DNA from: a virus
Taxonomy: Duplodnaviria; Caudoviricetes
IMG/VR virus record: IMGVR_UViG_3300045996_000494
Span: 1-63,414 of that record
Strand: one strand, 5' to 3'
Length of the DNA stretch: 63,414 nucleotides
Shown here: positions 28,481 to 38,010 of the stretch, in pieces
Numbering within the stretch: the first letter of the stretch is position 1
Layout: every line of letters starts with the position of its first letter
Notes under the pieces: model-generated
What the model saw: only the letters and a program-made list of their open reading frames with translations
Databases searched by the model: none
What the model was told of the DNA's origin: nothing
Program-made: the position numbers and the translations under genes

Positions 28481-28839
28481 TATGCTGCTGCCGCCATCAT
28501 CTTGCCGATGAACCGAAGCTTGTACTGCTCAGCCCGTCGGTCGCTGCCGTCCTCGTCGTCACGCTCCAGAGCATGGCCGACGACGTAGTAGAGGAGCGGC
28601 ACCCGATACTGTTCGTCGATGGCGCTCATAGGGTCAGCGTTCGTACCGCCGATGGAGGTGACGCTGATGGTGCCCGGCGATGTCCCCAGAAACAAGTCCG
28701 CGCGCAGCTTGCGAGCTTCAAGGAGGCCGAGGTTGAGCGCGTCGATCAAGTCACTGTCCGAGTACCGGACGGGGTGCGTCTGGTCCTGCAGAAGCGACCG
28801 AGCCTGCGCGAGGTAGTCGGTGACGGTGTCGAGCGCCAT
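28480..28839 (-). CDS. Head-tail connector/adaptor protein
   Basis: ARSLLQD...RYSDSDLIDALN...RADLF pattern. Confidence 0.7.
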   Translation of the reverse strand: MALDTVTDYLAQARSLLQDQTHPVRYSDSDLIDALNLGLLEARKLRADLFLGTSPGTISVTSIGGTNADPMSAIDEQYRVPLLYYVVGHALERDDEDGSDRRAEQYKLRFIGKMMAAAA

Positions 28840-28862
28840 CTGCTGATCCTGAAAAGGCTGGG

Positions 28863-28890
28863 CCGAGGTTACCCCGAAAGGTAACCCCGG
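28863..28890 (-). terminator. UUCG-capped hairpin after the major capsid gene (contains one 16-bp motif)
   Basis: Minus strand CCGGGGTTACCT-TTCG-GGGTAACCTCGG, a 12-bp stem with G-U pairs. Confidence 0.65.
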
Positions 28891-28924
28891 TCCAGCAAGG
28901 CAGTTCGGAGCAGCGTCAACCCGG

Positions 28925-29896
28925 TTACGGGATGACGATGGCCTGAGCGATGGCAGTGCTGTCGATGGTGCCGTAGCCGTAAATCTGCAGGCCACGGATC
29001 AGCGTACCGAAGGTGCTCTCCGACCGCAGGGTCTCCATCTTCGTCATCTGGGTGGCGAAGGTGAGGCCGTGCGCGTGGCCGGCGTAGATGGCCCATTCGC
29101 CCGCCGCCAGACCAGCCGCCACGCCCGAAGGCAGGAGGTTGGAGCTGTAGATGGTGAAGCGGTCCACCATGCCGAGGCGGCCGTTGCGGAGGATCGACTG
29201 CGAGTCGCCAGTGAGCGAGGCGTCGCGCAGCTCGGACATCTTGATGCGCGAAGCGAACCAAGCCGGCACGACGATCCAACGTCCCGTCTCGGGGATGTTC
29301 TGCTCGTCGAGCACCTGACCAAGGCGCACGATCATGTCGACCACTTCCACCTGACCGGCGGTCGGGTTGCGGGCGACGACGGTGACCGGCGTACCGGTGA
29401 CACCGAGGTTGATCGACGCCGACTTGGCGCCGGCGGTCGTGCCGCGGTTGGACGCATGCGCGTCGCCGAGAAGCGAGGTGAGGACCGCCGTGTCGATGGT
29501 GATCTTCATCTGCTCGGCGGCATCGTCCGACCACATCGACAGCAGGTTCACGTCGGCCTGCACGTCCATCACGTCATCTAGGATGGCGTTGAAGTACTTG
29601 CCCTGGTCGATGCTGAGATCGACCATGTTGGACGACGGACGCTCAACCAGAAGCGTCTGGCCGGAGGTGTAGTCGCGGATGGTCAGGGTCGGTCGGGTGC
29701 GGATGTGCACCGTGTCGCCCTGGTTCTTGATCTCGCCCTCGTAGTCGGTGTTCGCGATGGCCGCGAGGACGGTCGTCGCGTAGAACTTCTCGATGATCTT
29801 TCCCGACCAAATCTCGGGAATAAAGACCCCAGCGTAAGCCGGCGACGGCTGCGCTGAACCGGACGGATACGGAGTACCTGCAAGAGGATAAGCCAC
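28925..29896 (-). CDS. Major capsid protein (HK97 fold, P22-coat-like)
   Basis: FIPEIWSGKIIEKFY, TDYEGEIKNQGDTVHI and RGLQIYG motifs; strong codon bias. Confidence 0.9.
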   Translation of the reverse strand: MAYPLAGTPYPSGSAQPSPAYAGVFIPEIWSGKIIEKFYATTVLAAIANTDYEGEIKNQGDTVHIRTRPTLTIRDYTSGQTLLVERPSSNMVDLSIDQGKYFNAILDDVMDVQADVNLLSMWSDDAAEQMKITIDTAVLTSLLGDAHASNRGTTAGAKSASINLGVTGTPVTVVARNPTAGQVEVVDMIVRLGQVLDEQNIPETGRWIVVPAWFASRIKMSELRDASLTGDSQSILRNGRLGMVDRFTIYSSNLLPSGVAAGLAAGEWAIYAGHAHGLTFATQMTKMETLRSESTFGTLIRGLQIYGYGTIDSTAIAQAIVIP

Positions 29897-29939
29897 GGCG
29901 GCACCTCAGTCGAGCGCGCCGCCGTCTGGCTGGTCGCGC

Positions 29940-31061
29940 TTAGGGTTGCGGAGGTCCGGCTCGGACGCGGCCTGCGTTACCAGCGGCGATGATCGCACGC
30001 TCATACGCTTCTGCTTCCTTCTCCCGCCCCTTCCACTTCCCTGTTCTCAGGTCCGTGTAGAAGCGCGAGATGTCGCCGGATGTGAAATACTGGGGCTCTG
30101 CGGTCGCACTTGCAGCGGCGGGCGCAGAACGGGCGGGACCGGGAGCCGCAAAACGCTCCAGACCATTCTGGGGAGGCGGCGAACCGGCTCCGTTGGCCTG
30201 AGCTGCTGGCTTGGTAAGTCCAGCGTCCCGTGCGTAGCTCTCGAAAATGGCGGCAACTCGGCCGGCATCGTTTGAGCTGAAGGCTTCTTTTAGCAGCTGA
30301 TGGCGCTGCCGTCCAGAGAGCTTTTCAGGATACTGCAGCCACTCAACGAAGCTGTCGTCCTCGTTGAGCGCTCGCCACGAATGGTCGCTCTGCACCCCCA
30401 GGGTCGGGTGGTTGTCGAGCGTGTTCATCATGGCCGCGCGTGAAGTGGCCACGGTGGACTGCTGCTGCACCTCCATCCGCTTTTTCAGCTGATCGATCTC
30501 CGCCCGCAGCTGGTGCTCTACAGGCGCCGTCAGCTCCTTGAAGCGCTTCTCCATGACCGGCAGAACGTCCTTCCACTCCTCCTGCTCTTCCGGCGTGAGA
30601 AGTTGCTGCACCGTCATCGGCGCCGCGGGCTCGGGAGGAGGCGCTGACTGCACCGCGGACAGAAGGCGCTGCATCTCGTCGAGTCGCGTGGACATGCCCT
30701 GCAGGTCCTGCTGCAGGCGGCGCGTCCGGCCGACTTGGCTCTCATAGCGCTGCTTCCACGTCTGATCGTCCGGCGAGGGTTCCCCGGTTTGGGGCTCTGG
30801 GGCCTGCTGGGGAGCCGCCTGACGCTCTTGCTGCTGCGGAGGTGGCTCGGGAGGGGGCGCCGGCGGAGGCTGCTCCTGGGCCTGCTGTGGCTCCTGGGGA
30901 GGCTGTTCCTGCGGGGGCGGCATGGGCGGCAGCGGTGTCTCTACCGCTCGGGCTCGCTCCATGGCTTCGCGCTGGAGCTTCTCAGCGCGCTCCGCGGCGC
31001 GTTTGGCAGCCGGCGGAATGGTGTTTTGGTCGATCTGCTTAGGGTTTGGTGCGAGAGCCAT
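29940..31061 (-). CDS. Capsid scaffolding protein
   Basis: Pro/Gln-rich linker, coiled coil WKQRYES..GR; immediately upstream of the capsid gene. Confidence 0.75.
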   Translation of the reverse strand: MALAPNPKQIDQNTIPPAAKRAAERAEKLQREAMERARAVETPLPPMPPPQEQPPQEPQQAQEQPPPAPPPEPPPQQQERQAAPQQAPEPQTGEPSPDDQTWKQRYESQVGRTRRLQQDLQGMSTRLDEMQRLLSAVQSAPPPEPAAPMTVQQLLTPEEQEEWKDVLPVMEKRFKELTAPVEHQLRAEIDQLKKRMEVQQQSTVATSRAAMMNTLDNHPTLGVQSDHSWRALNEDDSFVEWLQYPEKLSGRQRHQLLKEAFSSNDAGRVAAIFESYARDAGLTKPAAQANGAGSPPPQNGLERFAAPGPARSAPAAASATAEPQYFTSGDISRFYTDLRTGKWKGREKEAEAYERAIIAAGNAGRVRAGPPQP

Positions 31062-31311
31062 CTTTACGTTCCTTCTCTGCTATCTGCGCGGCAAGCTCCC
31101 GGCCTGAAGCGAGAGCCTTGAACACGTCGCGAATTTCGCGTGCGCGTCCTTGGCGCTCGGGCAAGTCGGCAGGTGGGGCGGAGATGCAAGCTTCAGTCAC
31201 GTCATCGAGATATTGTGCCAGTGCTGCCATGAAAGCATTCCAGGCAGGAGGCGAGGCGGCCGACAGTTCGAGGACCGCCTTGGCGAGCCGAACCTGTGTC
31301 TCGTTCTTCAT
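31039..31311 (-). CDS. Hypothetical protein (conserved pre-scaffold gene)
   Basis: Helical 90 aa with a QGRARE motif; coupled to its neighbours. Confidence 0.7.
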   Translation of the reverse strand: MKNETQVRLAKAVLELSAASPPAWNAFMAALAQYLDDVTEACISAPPADLPERQGRAREIRDVFKALASGRELAAQIAEKERKDGSRTKP

Positions 31312-31651
31312 TTCCTCTTCATCGGTTTGGGGGGTTGGAAGCCGCCGATCTTGTACGGCGTGGCAGCGGCGTAGGTAGGTATCTTAACATCAGGCGGCTT
31401 GTAGCCATCGGGGGCGAGCGTCGGCTGGCGTCGCCGACGCTTCACCATGTCAGCCTGCGCCTCGCGCGGCGTACGCGCTTTCTTGAACTCGAACGGCATT
31501 AGCGGGGCTTGGCGGCCTTCACGCTCTGCTTGCCAAACATGTGGGTGCTGCCCCCACGATGCGCTGGCAGCTTGCCGGTCGAGATGACCTTGGACTTGCC
31601 GGTGAACGAAGATGAGCGCTTGTTCGTCGGCCGGATTGCACCACGAGCCAT
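31308..31651 (-). CDS. Two small basic ORFs (31499-31651 and 31308-31499)
   Basis: MARGAIRPTNKRSSSF... and MPFEFKKARTP...; TAATG coupling; GGAG RBS after the motif at 31666. Confidence 0.55.
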
Positions 31652-31684
31652 GAGTCTCTCCTGTGTTACCCCGCAGGGTAAGAG

Positions 31685-32050
31685 CTACGCTACCAGACGC
31701 TTGATAACTGACATAGTGCCTGAGAACAACGGCACAATCACCCCCGAGGAGACGATGGTCATCCGGGTTTGGTGAAAAAGCTTCTTCTGCCCGCGACCCA
31801 CAGTGTCCGAGCCCTGAAGGTAAATGACCACGGTGGACTGACCGCCATTCGTCACAAACGTGACATCCCCGAGCGCAGTACTTTTCTTGATGGGCACGGA
31901 AGCCGCGGCGTCGAACTGCGAGGGTGACGCCCACCACTCGATCAGCGATGGGACTGGAATTTCATAGGGCATGCCGTTCCACGTGATGGGAACAGACAGG
32001 GTGTGAGGGGCACCCTCGATCACCTCAAAGTCTTGGTTGGGCACGCTCAT
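31685..32050 (-). CDS. Small beta-rich virion protein
   Basis: 121 aa, ATGA-coupled to the repeat protein gene. Confidence 0.65.
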   Translation of the reverse strand: MSVPNQDFEVIEGAPHTLSVPITWNGMPYEIPVPSLIEWWASPSQFDAAASVPIKKSTALGDVTFVTNGGQSTVVIYLQGSDTVGRGQKKLFHQTRMTIVSSGVIVPLFSGTMSVIKRLVA

Positions 32051-33984
32051 TGGAATGAACCTTCTAGCTCGTCTGCGTTCTGGACGCTACCACGAAGCTC
32101 GCCGCCCACCTCCGCCGAGCCCTCCAGGCTGCGGCCAAAGACCGTGCTACCCCGTAGGGTAATCTCGCGGCCACCGAAGATCGCCAGCGCCGGGGTGTGG
32201 AACGGAGACACATCGCTGCCGAAGATCGGCACGGCGTCTGCAACGGTCGTGAGCGTGTAGTGGATCGGCGACCGGGTAAAGACCGGCGTGACGGTCGCGC
32301 CAGTGATCGGGACCGTACCGGCGGTGATCGTGACGGTGCCACTCTGCGACCAAACCGGCGTGACGGTCGCGCCAGTGATCGGGACCACACCGGCAGTGAT
32401 GGGCGGCTCGTACCGCCCGTAGACCATCGTGACAGGCTGGCCGACAATCTCGACCCACCCGGCGATCCACGCTGCAGTGACACCCACTGAGCCTGTGACA
32501 GTCTGCCCAGCAATGGCGACCGTGCCAGCCGTGACGCTGATCGTGTAATTGACGCCACCTCCCGACCACACCGGCATGATGCTGGCGCCGGTGATCGGGA
32601 AAATGTCGGCGTCGACGACAATGCCATAGCCGAAAACCGGGCTGACTGTCTGGCCAACGATGTCGACCGTCCCGGCGGTGATCGTGACCACTCGACCAAA
32701 GACCGGAGTGACTGTCTGCCCGACAATGGCCACGGTCCCGGCAGTGATCGTAACCGTATAGCCGGTGCCCTCGATGGGCGTGACGGTCTGACCGGTGATC
32801 GCGACCGCACCCGCAGTGACGCTAATCGAGCGCCCGTAAGCGGGAGTGACGGTCTGGCCAACGATGGCAACTGTGCCCGCCGTGATCGAGACCGCTCGGG
32901 CGAACACCGGCGTGACCGTCTGCCCGACGATGGCGACCGTGCCAGCGGTGATCGCAACAGCACGTCCGTAGGCGACCGCGACCGTCTGCCCGGCGATGGC
33001 GACCGTGCCAGCCGTGATGCTGGCAGTCCAGCCGCGCGCAGGCGTAACTGTCTGCCCGATGATGTCCACGGTCCCAGCGGTGACCGTGATGCTGTAACCG
33101 CCGCTCTTAACCGGGTTGACCGTCTGCCCGACGATGTCGACCGTGCCAGCGGTGATGCTGATCGTGCGGCCAAAGACGGAGGTGATGGTCTGCCCAGTGA
33201 TCGCGACGGTGCCAGCAGTGATCGCCACCGCGCGCCCGTAAGCTGGCGTGACGGTCTGACCGGTGATCGCGACCGCACCCGCAGTGACGCTAATCGAGCG
33301 CCCGTAGGCAGGCGTCACCGTCTGCCCGGTAATCGCAACCGTGCCAGCTGTGATCGCGACAGCCCGCCCGAACACCGGCGTGACGGTCTGGCCGACGATG
33401 TCGACCGTCCCAGCGGTGATCGAGATCGTATAGGAACTGCCCGAGCCATAGACCGGCGTGACGGTCTGCCCGACGATGTCAACGGTCCCGGCAGTGATGC
33501 TGATCGAGCGCCCGTAAGCGGGCGTGACCGTCTGCCCGACGATGTCAACGGTGCCTGCGGTGATCGCGACCGCACGGCCGTAGGCGGGTGTAACAGTAGC
33601 GCCGGTGATCGCGACCGTACCGGCAGTGATTGTCGGCTCGATGCGCCCGTAGCTCGGAGTGACGGTCTGACCAACAATCCCAACGGTGCCGGCAGTGATC
33701 GCGACGGCGCGCCCGTACGCTGGCGTGACCGTCTGCCCGGTGATCGCAACCGTAGCAGGAGTGATAGCCGGCTCGACGCGCCCGTAGTTCGGAGTGACCG
33801 TCTGCCCGGTGATCGCAACGGTGCCGGCAGTGATCGTAATGTCGTAGCCGACTACCGTGTCCTCTTGGACGAGATAGCCAGAGCCGTCCTCAAGGAGGAT
33901 GCCGAAGCCGTCCTCCTGCAGGATTTTCCCGCCTGCAACCGTTCCTACGAGCGAGATGATCGGGACGCGGACGCGCAAAGCCAT
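32047..33984 (-). CDS. Repeat protein with about 24 copies of a ~22-aa unit (ITAGTVAITGQTVTPxYGR)
   Basis: Repeats counted in the translation; exact 62-bp DNA duplication at 32777-32838 and 33245-33306. Confidence 0.85.
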   Translation of the reverse strand: MALRVRVPIISLVGTVAGGKILQEDGFGILLEDGSGYLVQEDTVVGYDITITAGTVAITGQTVTPNYGRVEPAITPATVAITGQTVTPAYGRAVAITAGTVGIVGQTVTPSYGRIEPTITAGTVAITGATVTPAYGRAVAITAGTVDIVGQTVTPAYGRSISITAGTVDIVGQTVTPVYGSGSSYTISITAGTVDIVGQTVTPVFGRAVAITAGTVAITGQTVTPAYGRSISVTAGAVAITGQTVTPAYGRAVAITAGTVAITGQTITSVFGRTISITAGTVDIVGQTVNPVKSGGYSITVTAGTVDIIGQTVTPARGWTASITAGTVAIAGQTVAVAYGRAVAITAGTVAIVGQTVTPVFARAVSITAGTVAIVGQTVTPAYGRSISVTAGAVAITGQTVTPIEGTGYTVTITAGTVAIVGQTVTPVFGRVVTITAGTVDIVGQTVSPVFGYGIVVDADIFPITGASIMPVWSGGGVNYTISVTAGTVAIAGQTVTGSVGVTAAWIAGWVEIVGQPVTMVYGRYEPPITAGVVPITGATVTPVWSQSGTVTITAGTVPITGATVTPVFTRSPIHYTLTTVADAVPIFGSDVSPFHTPALAIFGGREITLRGSTVFGRSLEGSAEVGGELRGSVQNADELEGSFQ

Positions 33985-33988
33985 GGCG

Positions 33989-34765
33989 TCAAGCCCCGAT
34001 TAGAGGTGGACCGTCGGGATACAGAAGTCCTGCGTTCACACCCCCCATAGCACCGCCGAGCCAAGCCTCCAAGGCGGCGTGTTTTTCTATGAGGGGGGCT
34101 GGCGCAGTACCAGTATGAAAAGAGTTTGTGACCGCCTTGTAGGGCTCAGGCGCGCGACCGGGATGCTGTTGAGCGCCCCACATATAAATGCTCTCTCCGC
34201 CGCTTACAGACGGACTTCCAGCAGCCGTAGAAAGCCCAATGTCCACAAGATAACCGCTATTGGTTGGAAGCACTGCGGTCCAGCATCGCCACCAGCCATT
34301 CCCGAGAAATCGCATGCCGGCGTTAATAGCCGCCGAACCTCGCTCAGCAACTACACCAGTTCCCAAGTTAAAATATGTGCGAACATCGGGGCCAGAAATT
34401 TGACGAATAGTGCAGATATTTGTATCTTTAGCCTTAGCAAACACTGACACTACATTCCAAACACCAGATGTTTGCCCACCATTTAGGTAACGGCAAATTG
34501 CTTCTCCAGCAGCACCCGTAGTTGCGACAGTGTTTGCTACTGTAGTACCATCTGGGCCGACTGCGGTTGCAGTTGTAACTGTAAGACTATTTTGAGACCA
34601 AAAGTTAAAATCAGCACTACCGACAATTATATTTGAACTATCGATGTCGGTTGTCCACTGCTCGCGATTTGGGCCAAACCAAATGCCGCCGGATGTCCCA
34701 CGCTCCGGCCGCCAGACGCGGCGCTGGTACTGTGCTTCGTCTAGGCGATTGACTCCCCGCGGCAC
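33989..34765 (-). CDS. Virion protein with a carbohydrate-binding-like beta-sandwich domain
   Basis: GPDGT..A, SVFAKA, GNGWWRC and IYMWGAQ motifs; AT-rich core. Confidence 0.65.
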   Translation of the reverse strand: MPRGVNRLDEAQYQRRVWRPERGTSGGIWFGPNREQWTTDIDSSNIIVGSADFNFWSQNSLTVTTATAVGPDGTTVANTVATTGAAGEAICRYLNGGQTSGVWNVVSVFAKAKDTNICTIRQISGPDVRTYFNLGTGVVAERGSAAINAGMRFLGNGWWRCWTAVLPTNSGYLVDIGLSTAAGSPSVSGGESIYMWGAQQHPGRAPEPYKAVTNSFHTGTAPAPLIEKHAALEAWLGGAMGGVNAGLLYPDGPPLIGA

Positions 34766-34766
34766 G

Positions 34767-35192
34767 TCACGTCACGCTCTCGTTGTAGGGCCGAACCTTA
34801 ATCGAGTTGCCCGACGCAGCAAACGCAGCGCCGGAATTGTTGGTGATGCAGAGCTGGCAGGGACTCGGGTAGAGCCGAACCATCGGGAAGATCACCTTCT
34901 TCGCGCTGGCTCCTACGGTGAGCACTTGCGTGTAAGGCTCGCCACCCCGCACAGAGCCGGTGTTGTCGGGGTCACTGGTGCCGTGCGAAACGAACACCCG
35001 CAGCGTGATCGAAGCATCCGCAGTCGAAGTGAACGACCCCAGGTCAACCTCGATGGAGGCGTAGAGATCGAGCAGGGACGAGTTGTCGTGCTCGACGAAC
35101 CCCGACGTGGCGCCGTTGGCAAGCGAGTCGAGCGTCGCGCCCGCAATATTCGAGCCGACTGCGCTGGGAGTAGCCCATTTTGCTGTGGCCAT
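34767..35192 (-). CDS. Hypothetical virion protein
   Basis: 141 aa beta-rich ORF in a tight operon. Confidence 0.7.
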   Translation of the reverse strand: MATAKWATPSAVGSNIAGATLDSLANGATSGFVEHDNSSLLDLYASIEVDLGSFTSTADASITLRVFVSHGTSDPDNTGSVRGGEPYTQVLTVGASAKKVIFPMVRLYPSPCQLCITNNSGAAFAASGNSIKVRPYNESVT

Positions 35193-35195
35193 GGT

Positions 35196-35501
35196 TTACG
35201 GCTCCGCTGCCCACGCAGTGACGAACGAGTTGACGGCGGTCTGGATCGCTGCGTCGGTAATGTTACCCTGCAGGGTACCGGGCGTGCCTTGTATGGTCGT
35301 ATGGCTCAGGAACCAGCGAAACTCCTTCAGTCCGTCGTCGCGGTAATTCGCGAACACCTTCTTGGCCCAGGCGATGCGTGGCGCGGTCTCGCCGCCGGTG
35401 TTCATCACCGTCATCGCAGCCTGCAGACGTGCACCCAGGAAACGCTCGTAGAGCTGCGAATTGCCATCGGCAAACTCGTTGAGCTGAGTGATCGTGGCCA
35501 T
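35196..35501 (-). CDS. Hypothetical virion protein
   Basis: 101 aa, ITDAAIQTAVNS C-terminus. Confidence 0.7.
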   Translation of the reverse strand: MATITQLNEFADGNSQLYERFLGARLQAAMTVMNTGGETAPRIAWAKKVFANYRDDGLKEFRWFLSHTTIQGTPGTLQGNITDAAIQTAVNSFVTAWAAEP

Positions 35502-35510
35502 TGTATCCCC

Positions 35511-36434
35511 TCAAAAAACCGCGAACATTCTATGTTGCCCAGCAGAAGCGGCAGGTGTGTATGTTATGACAATAATACCCTGACCGCCAGCACTTGTACC
35601 ACCCGTACCCTGACCACGGCCAGAGCCTGCGCCGCCGTAGTTGGCACCATCGGCGGCTGTTCCAGTAGCGGACCCGCCTCCAGCCGCACCGCCACCCGTA
35701 GCTGCGCCAACTACGCTGGTAGTCGTGGCATCTGGAAGGTGTGTGGATGTCCACAACCCGGTGCCGGGAGTTGCAGCGACGCCCGCACCTGATCCGTTAG
35801 CACCGGTGGCTCCTGCACCACCACCGTCAGCGTTTGTCCCCCCAGTGCCGCCTGACGTACCTCCAGGGCCGCCAGCCCCGCCAGCTGTCGTAAGGCCGGC
35901 GCCGGCGCCGCCACCGCCACCACAATCCTGGCCAGCCGCACTCGTATCACCGGCGCCGCCACCGCCACCGTTCCCTCCAGGCCCACCTGCGCCGCCACCG
36001 CCGCCGCCAGTGAGAACACCCGAACTGCCCGCCCCACCTGTACCACCAGAGTTGCGGACGCCGCCACTTGTAGGAAAGCCGTTTGCCGCTACGCCGCCAG
36101 CAGCGCCAGTCGAAGAGGTTGCGCCTGAGCCTCCCTTAGCACCGACAAGCGAGGAGGCGAGAGAAGTCGCACCGAACCAAGTGTCACCGCCTGCACCGCC
36201 CGCGGAGCCGGCCACGCCCACGGCGAAGTCCACAACCGTAGTACCGGGCGTAAAGGTGTTGACGTTCGTACGCGCGCTATAGGCGCCACCGCCACCGCCA
36301 CCACCGCCAGCACCAGCCACGCGACCACCGCCGCCGCCCCCGACAACTTCGACCTTATTGACGTTGGTCCAGTCAGCCGGGACATTCCACTGCCCAGCCC
36401 CGGTCGCGGTCAGGAAAATGACCTTGTCCGGCAT
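35511..36434 (-). CDS. Glycine-rich domain protein
   Basis: WNVPAD..VEVVGGGGGG...GGQGIIVITY, typical of glycine-rich fibre/tip domains. Confidence 0.75.
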   Translation of the reverse strand: MPDKVIFLTATGAGQWNVPADWTNVNKVEVVGGGGGGRVAGAGGGGGGGGAYSARTNVNTFTPGTTVVDFAVGVAGSAGGAGGDTWFGATSLASSLVGAKGGSGATSSTGAAGGVAANGFPTSGGVRNSGGTGGAGSSGVLTGGGGGGAGGPGGNGGGGGAGDTSAAGQDCGGGGGAGAGLTTAGGAGGPGGTSGGTGGTNADGGGAGATGANGSGAGVAATPGTGLWTSTHLPDATTTSVVGAATGGGAAGGGSATGTAADGANYGGAGSGRGQGTGGTSAGGQGIIVITYTPAASAGQHRMFAVF

Positions 36435-36437
36435 GGA

Positions 36438-36917
36438 TCAGAAGCCCTTGGCGTAGGCTACCACGTCCCAGAAGCCGGCGTCGGCGTTGTAAATGCAACC
36501 GATGTAGTCGGTCTTACCCGATGTAGTGGCAGTCAGCGCCGTGATGTCGGTGCCAAACCGGAAGCCGCCGGCGCCTGTGTTGAGCGCCAGCGTGCGATCT
36601 GCGCCGGACGCAGTGTGGCGGATAACGATCTTCTGGCCAGCGCTGGGGTTGGACGGCACGGCGATGGTGCGATTGCCCGCCGCCGTGAGCTTAAACATGT
36701 TCCCAAGGGCAGCGTCGAGCGCAGGTGTCGCACCATCAGTAAGTGTAACTACCGCGTCAATACCTGCAAGGGTCTGCAGGTAGGCGCGGATCATCGCAAT
36801 AGTGGCGCGCTTGCTTGAACCACTGGAGCCCGGCGTAGCCGTGTCGTTGATAGGGAACTCGTCAGTCCCCTCGACAGTAGTGGCCGCCGTCAGGCCGCTG
36901 ATCTTCGCGTCGGCCAC
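36438..36917 (-). CDS. Fibre-associated protein
   Basis: MADAKISGLTAA N-terminal motif; LTDGAT...GNRTIAVPSNP...TDYIGCIYN. Confidence 0.7.
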   Translation of the reverse strand: MADAKISGLTAATTVEGTDEFPINDTATPGSSGSSKRATIAMIRAYLQTLAGIDAVVTLTDGATPALDAALGNMFKLTAAGNRTIAVPSNPSAGQKIVIRHTASGADRTLALNTGAGGFRFGTDITALTATTSGKTDYIGCIYNADAGFWDVVAYAKGF

Positions 36918-36926
36918 TAGTCATCC

Positions 36927-37187
36927 TTACTGCGGGGGCTGGAAGTTCTGCCCGCCCTTCATGACGGAGACCATGCGCGCCAGCTCGACGTGCTCCTGCG
37001 AAATGGCGCCGATCTTCGCCTTGGCCTCGTTCACGGGGCCGAGGGCATCGGCATACTTCTGCGGCTCAGCCTGACGGTCGATCTTGCGCAGCTTCTCCTG
37101 CTCCTTCATCAGCGAGCCCTCAAGACGCTGGCGCTCCTTCACCACGTCGGCGAGCTTCTTCTCGAAATCTGTCGTTCCCTTGGCCAT
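36927..37187 (-). CDS. Small coiled-coil protein (possible chaperone)
   Basis: AGGAGG RBS, 86 aa helical. Confidence 0.65.
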   Translation of the reverse strand: MAKGTTDFEKKLADVVKERQRLEGSLMKEQEKLRKIDRQAEPQKYADALGPVNEAKAKIGAISQEHVELARMVSVMKGGQNFQPPQ

Positions 37188-37199
37188 GCGGCCCTCCTG

Positions 37200-37640
37200 T
37201 TAGCCCACAACGAGCAGGTTGCCCGCGGGGATGGTGTACGTGTCGGTGTTGGCCATGGTCACGTCGGAGCCGTGATCAAGCCAACCGACGACCGGGTTAA
37301 GCGGCGACGTGGGAGTGTCGTCGACGAGGATCAACCAGCGGAAGGTGGCAACGGCACCGGTGGCTGTCAGCACCACGGCCGAGGACATGCCGACGTTGGT
37401 GGACGCGGTGGACTGCGTCATCGCCGCCATGGTGGCCAAAAGGCCGCCGGCGCCGTCGGTCATCTGGGTGTAGCCGCCACCCGTGGCGATCTGCGTGATG
37501 TTCGAGAGAAGGTTTGTCGTGGCGGCAACCGGCGCGTTGGCGTTAGCCACCAGAACCCAGCGGAACGTGTCGGTGTCGAGATCGTACACCTTGTTGCAGA
37601 GGTTCAGCGAGAAGATGTTCGGCCTCGTGAAGGTCGCCAT
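37200..37640 (-). CDS. Putative fibre/filament subunit
   Basis: DLDTDTFRWVL...GGGYT pattern of small phage structural proteins; perfect motif just upstream. Confidence 0.65.
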   Translation of the reverse strand: MATFTRPNIFSLNLCNKVYDLDTDTFRWVLVANANAPVAATTNLLSNITQIATGGGYTQMTDGAGGLLATMAAMTQSTASTNVGMSSAVVLTATGAVATFRWLILVDDTPTSPLNPVVGWLDHGSDVTMANTDTYTIPAGNLLVVG

Positions 37641-37677
37641 TGGTCAGTCCCTTTGCAGTTACCCCGCGGGGTAAAGG

Positions 37678-38010
37678 TTACGGCACCACGCCGGTGGGGA
37701 GACTGTCCAGAATGGTAGTCCCCATGAGGTTGGTTGCTTTGTTGCGGAAGCGGACCCGCTTGCCCTGGTCCGCGGCGGCGAGCGCGTAGGTCGCGCCAGT
37801 CTGACCACTGATCTCGTCGTTGTTGCGCACCCACGCGCGTGTAGTGGTCACGGTGCCCGAGCCGGTGAAGGTGGCGTTGGTGCCGGTCTGCGTCTGGCCC
37901 ACAGTCACGGTGCCGGTGCGCGTCGGCAGCGCGGAGGCGCGCGGCTTGAAGCGCCCATCGGCCATCAGCCCCTGGTACTCCAGCATGTGGCGCTGCGAAC
38001 GACCCATCAC
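37678..38010 (-). CDS. Ig-like domain protein
   Basis: VGQT.T...W.R....ISGQTGATY.L.AADQGKRVRF pattern. Confidence 0.65.
   Translation of the reverse strand: MMGRSQRHMLEYQGLMADGRFKPRASALPTRTGTVTVGQTQTGTNATFTGSGTVTTTRAWVRNNDEISGQTGATYALAAADQGKRVRFRNKATNLMGTTILDSLPTGVVP

Noticed and set aside
32047-33984. Diversity-generating retroelement template/variable repeat pair
   Set aside because: No reverse transcriptase, and repeat differences are not adenine-specific
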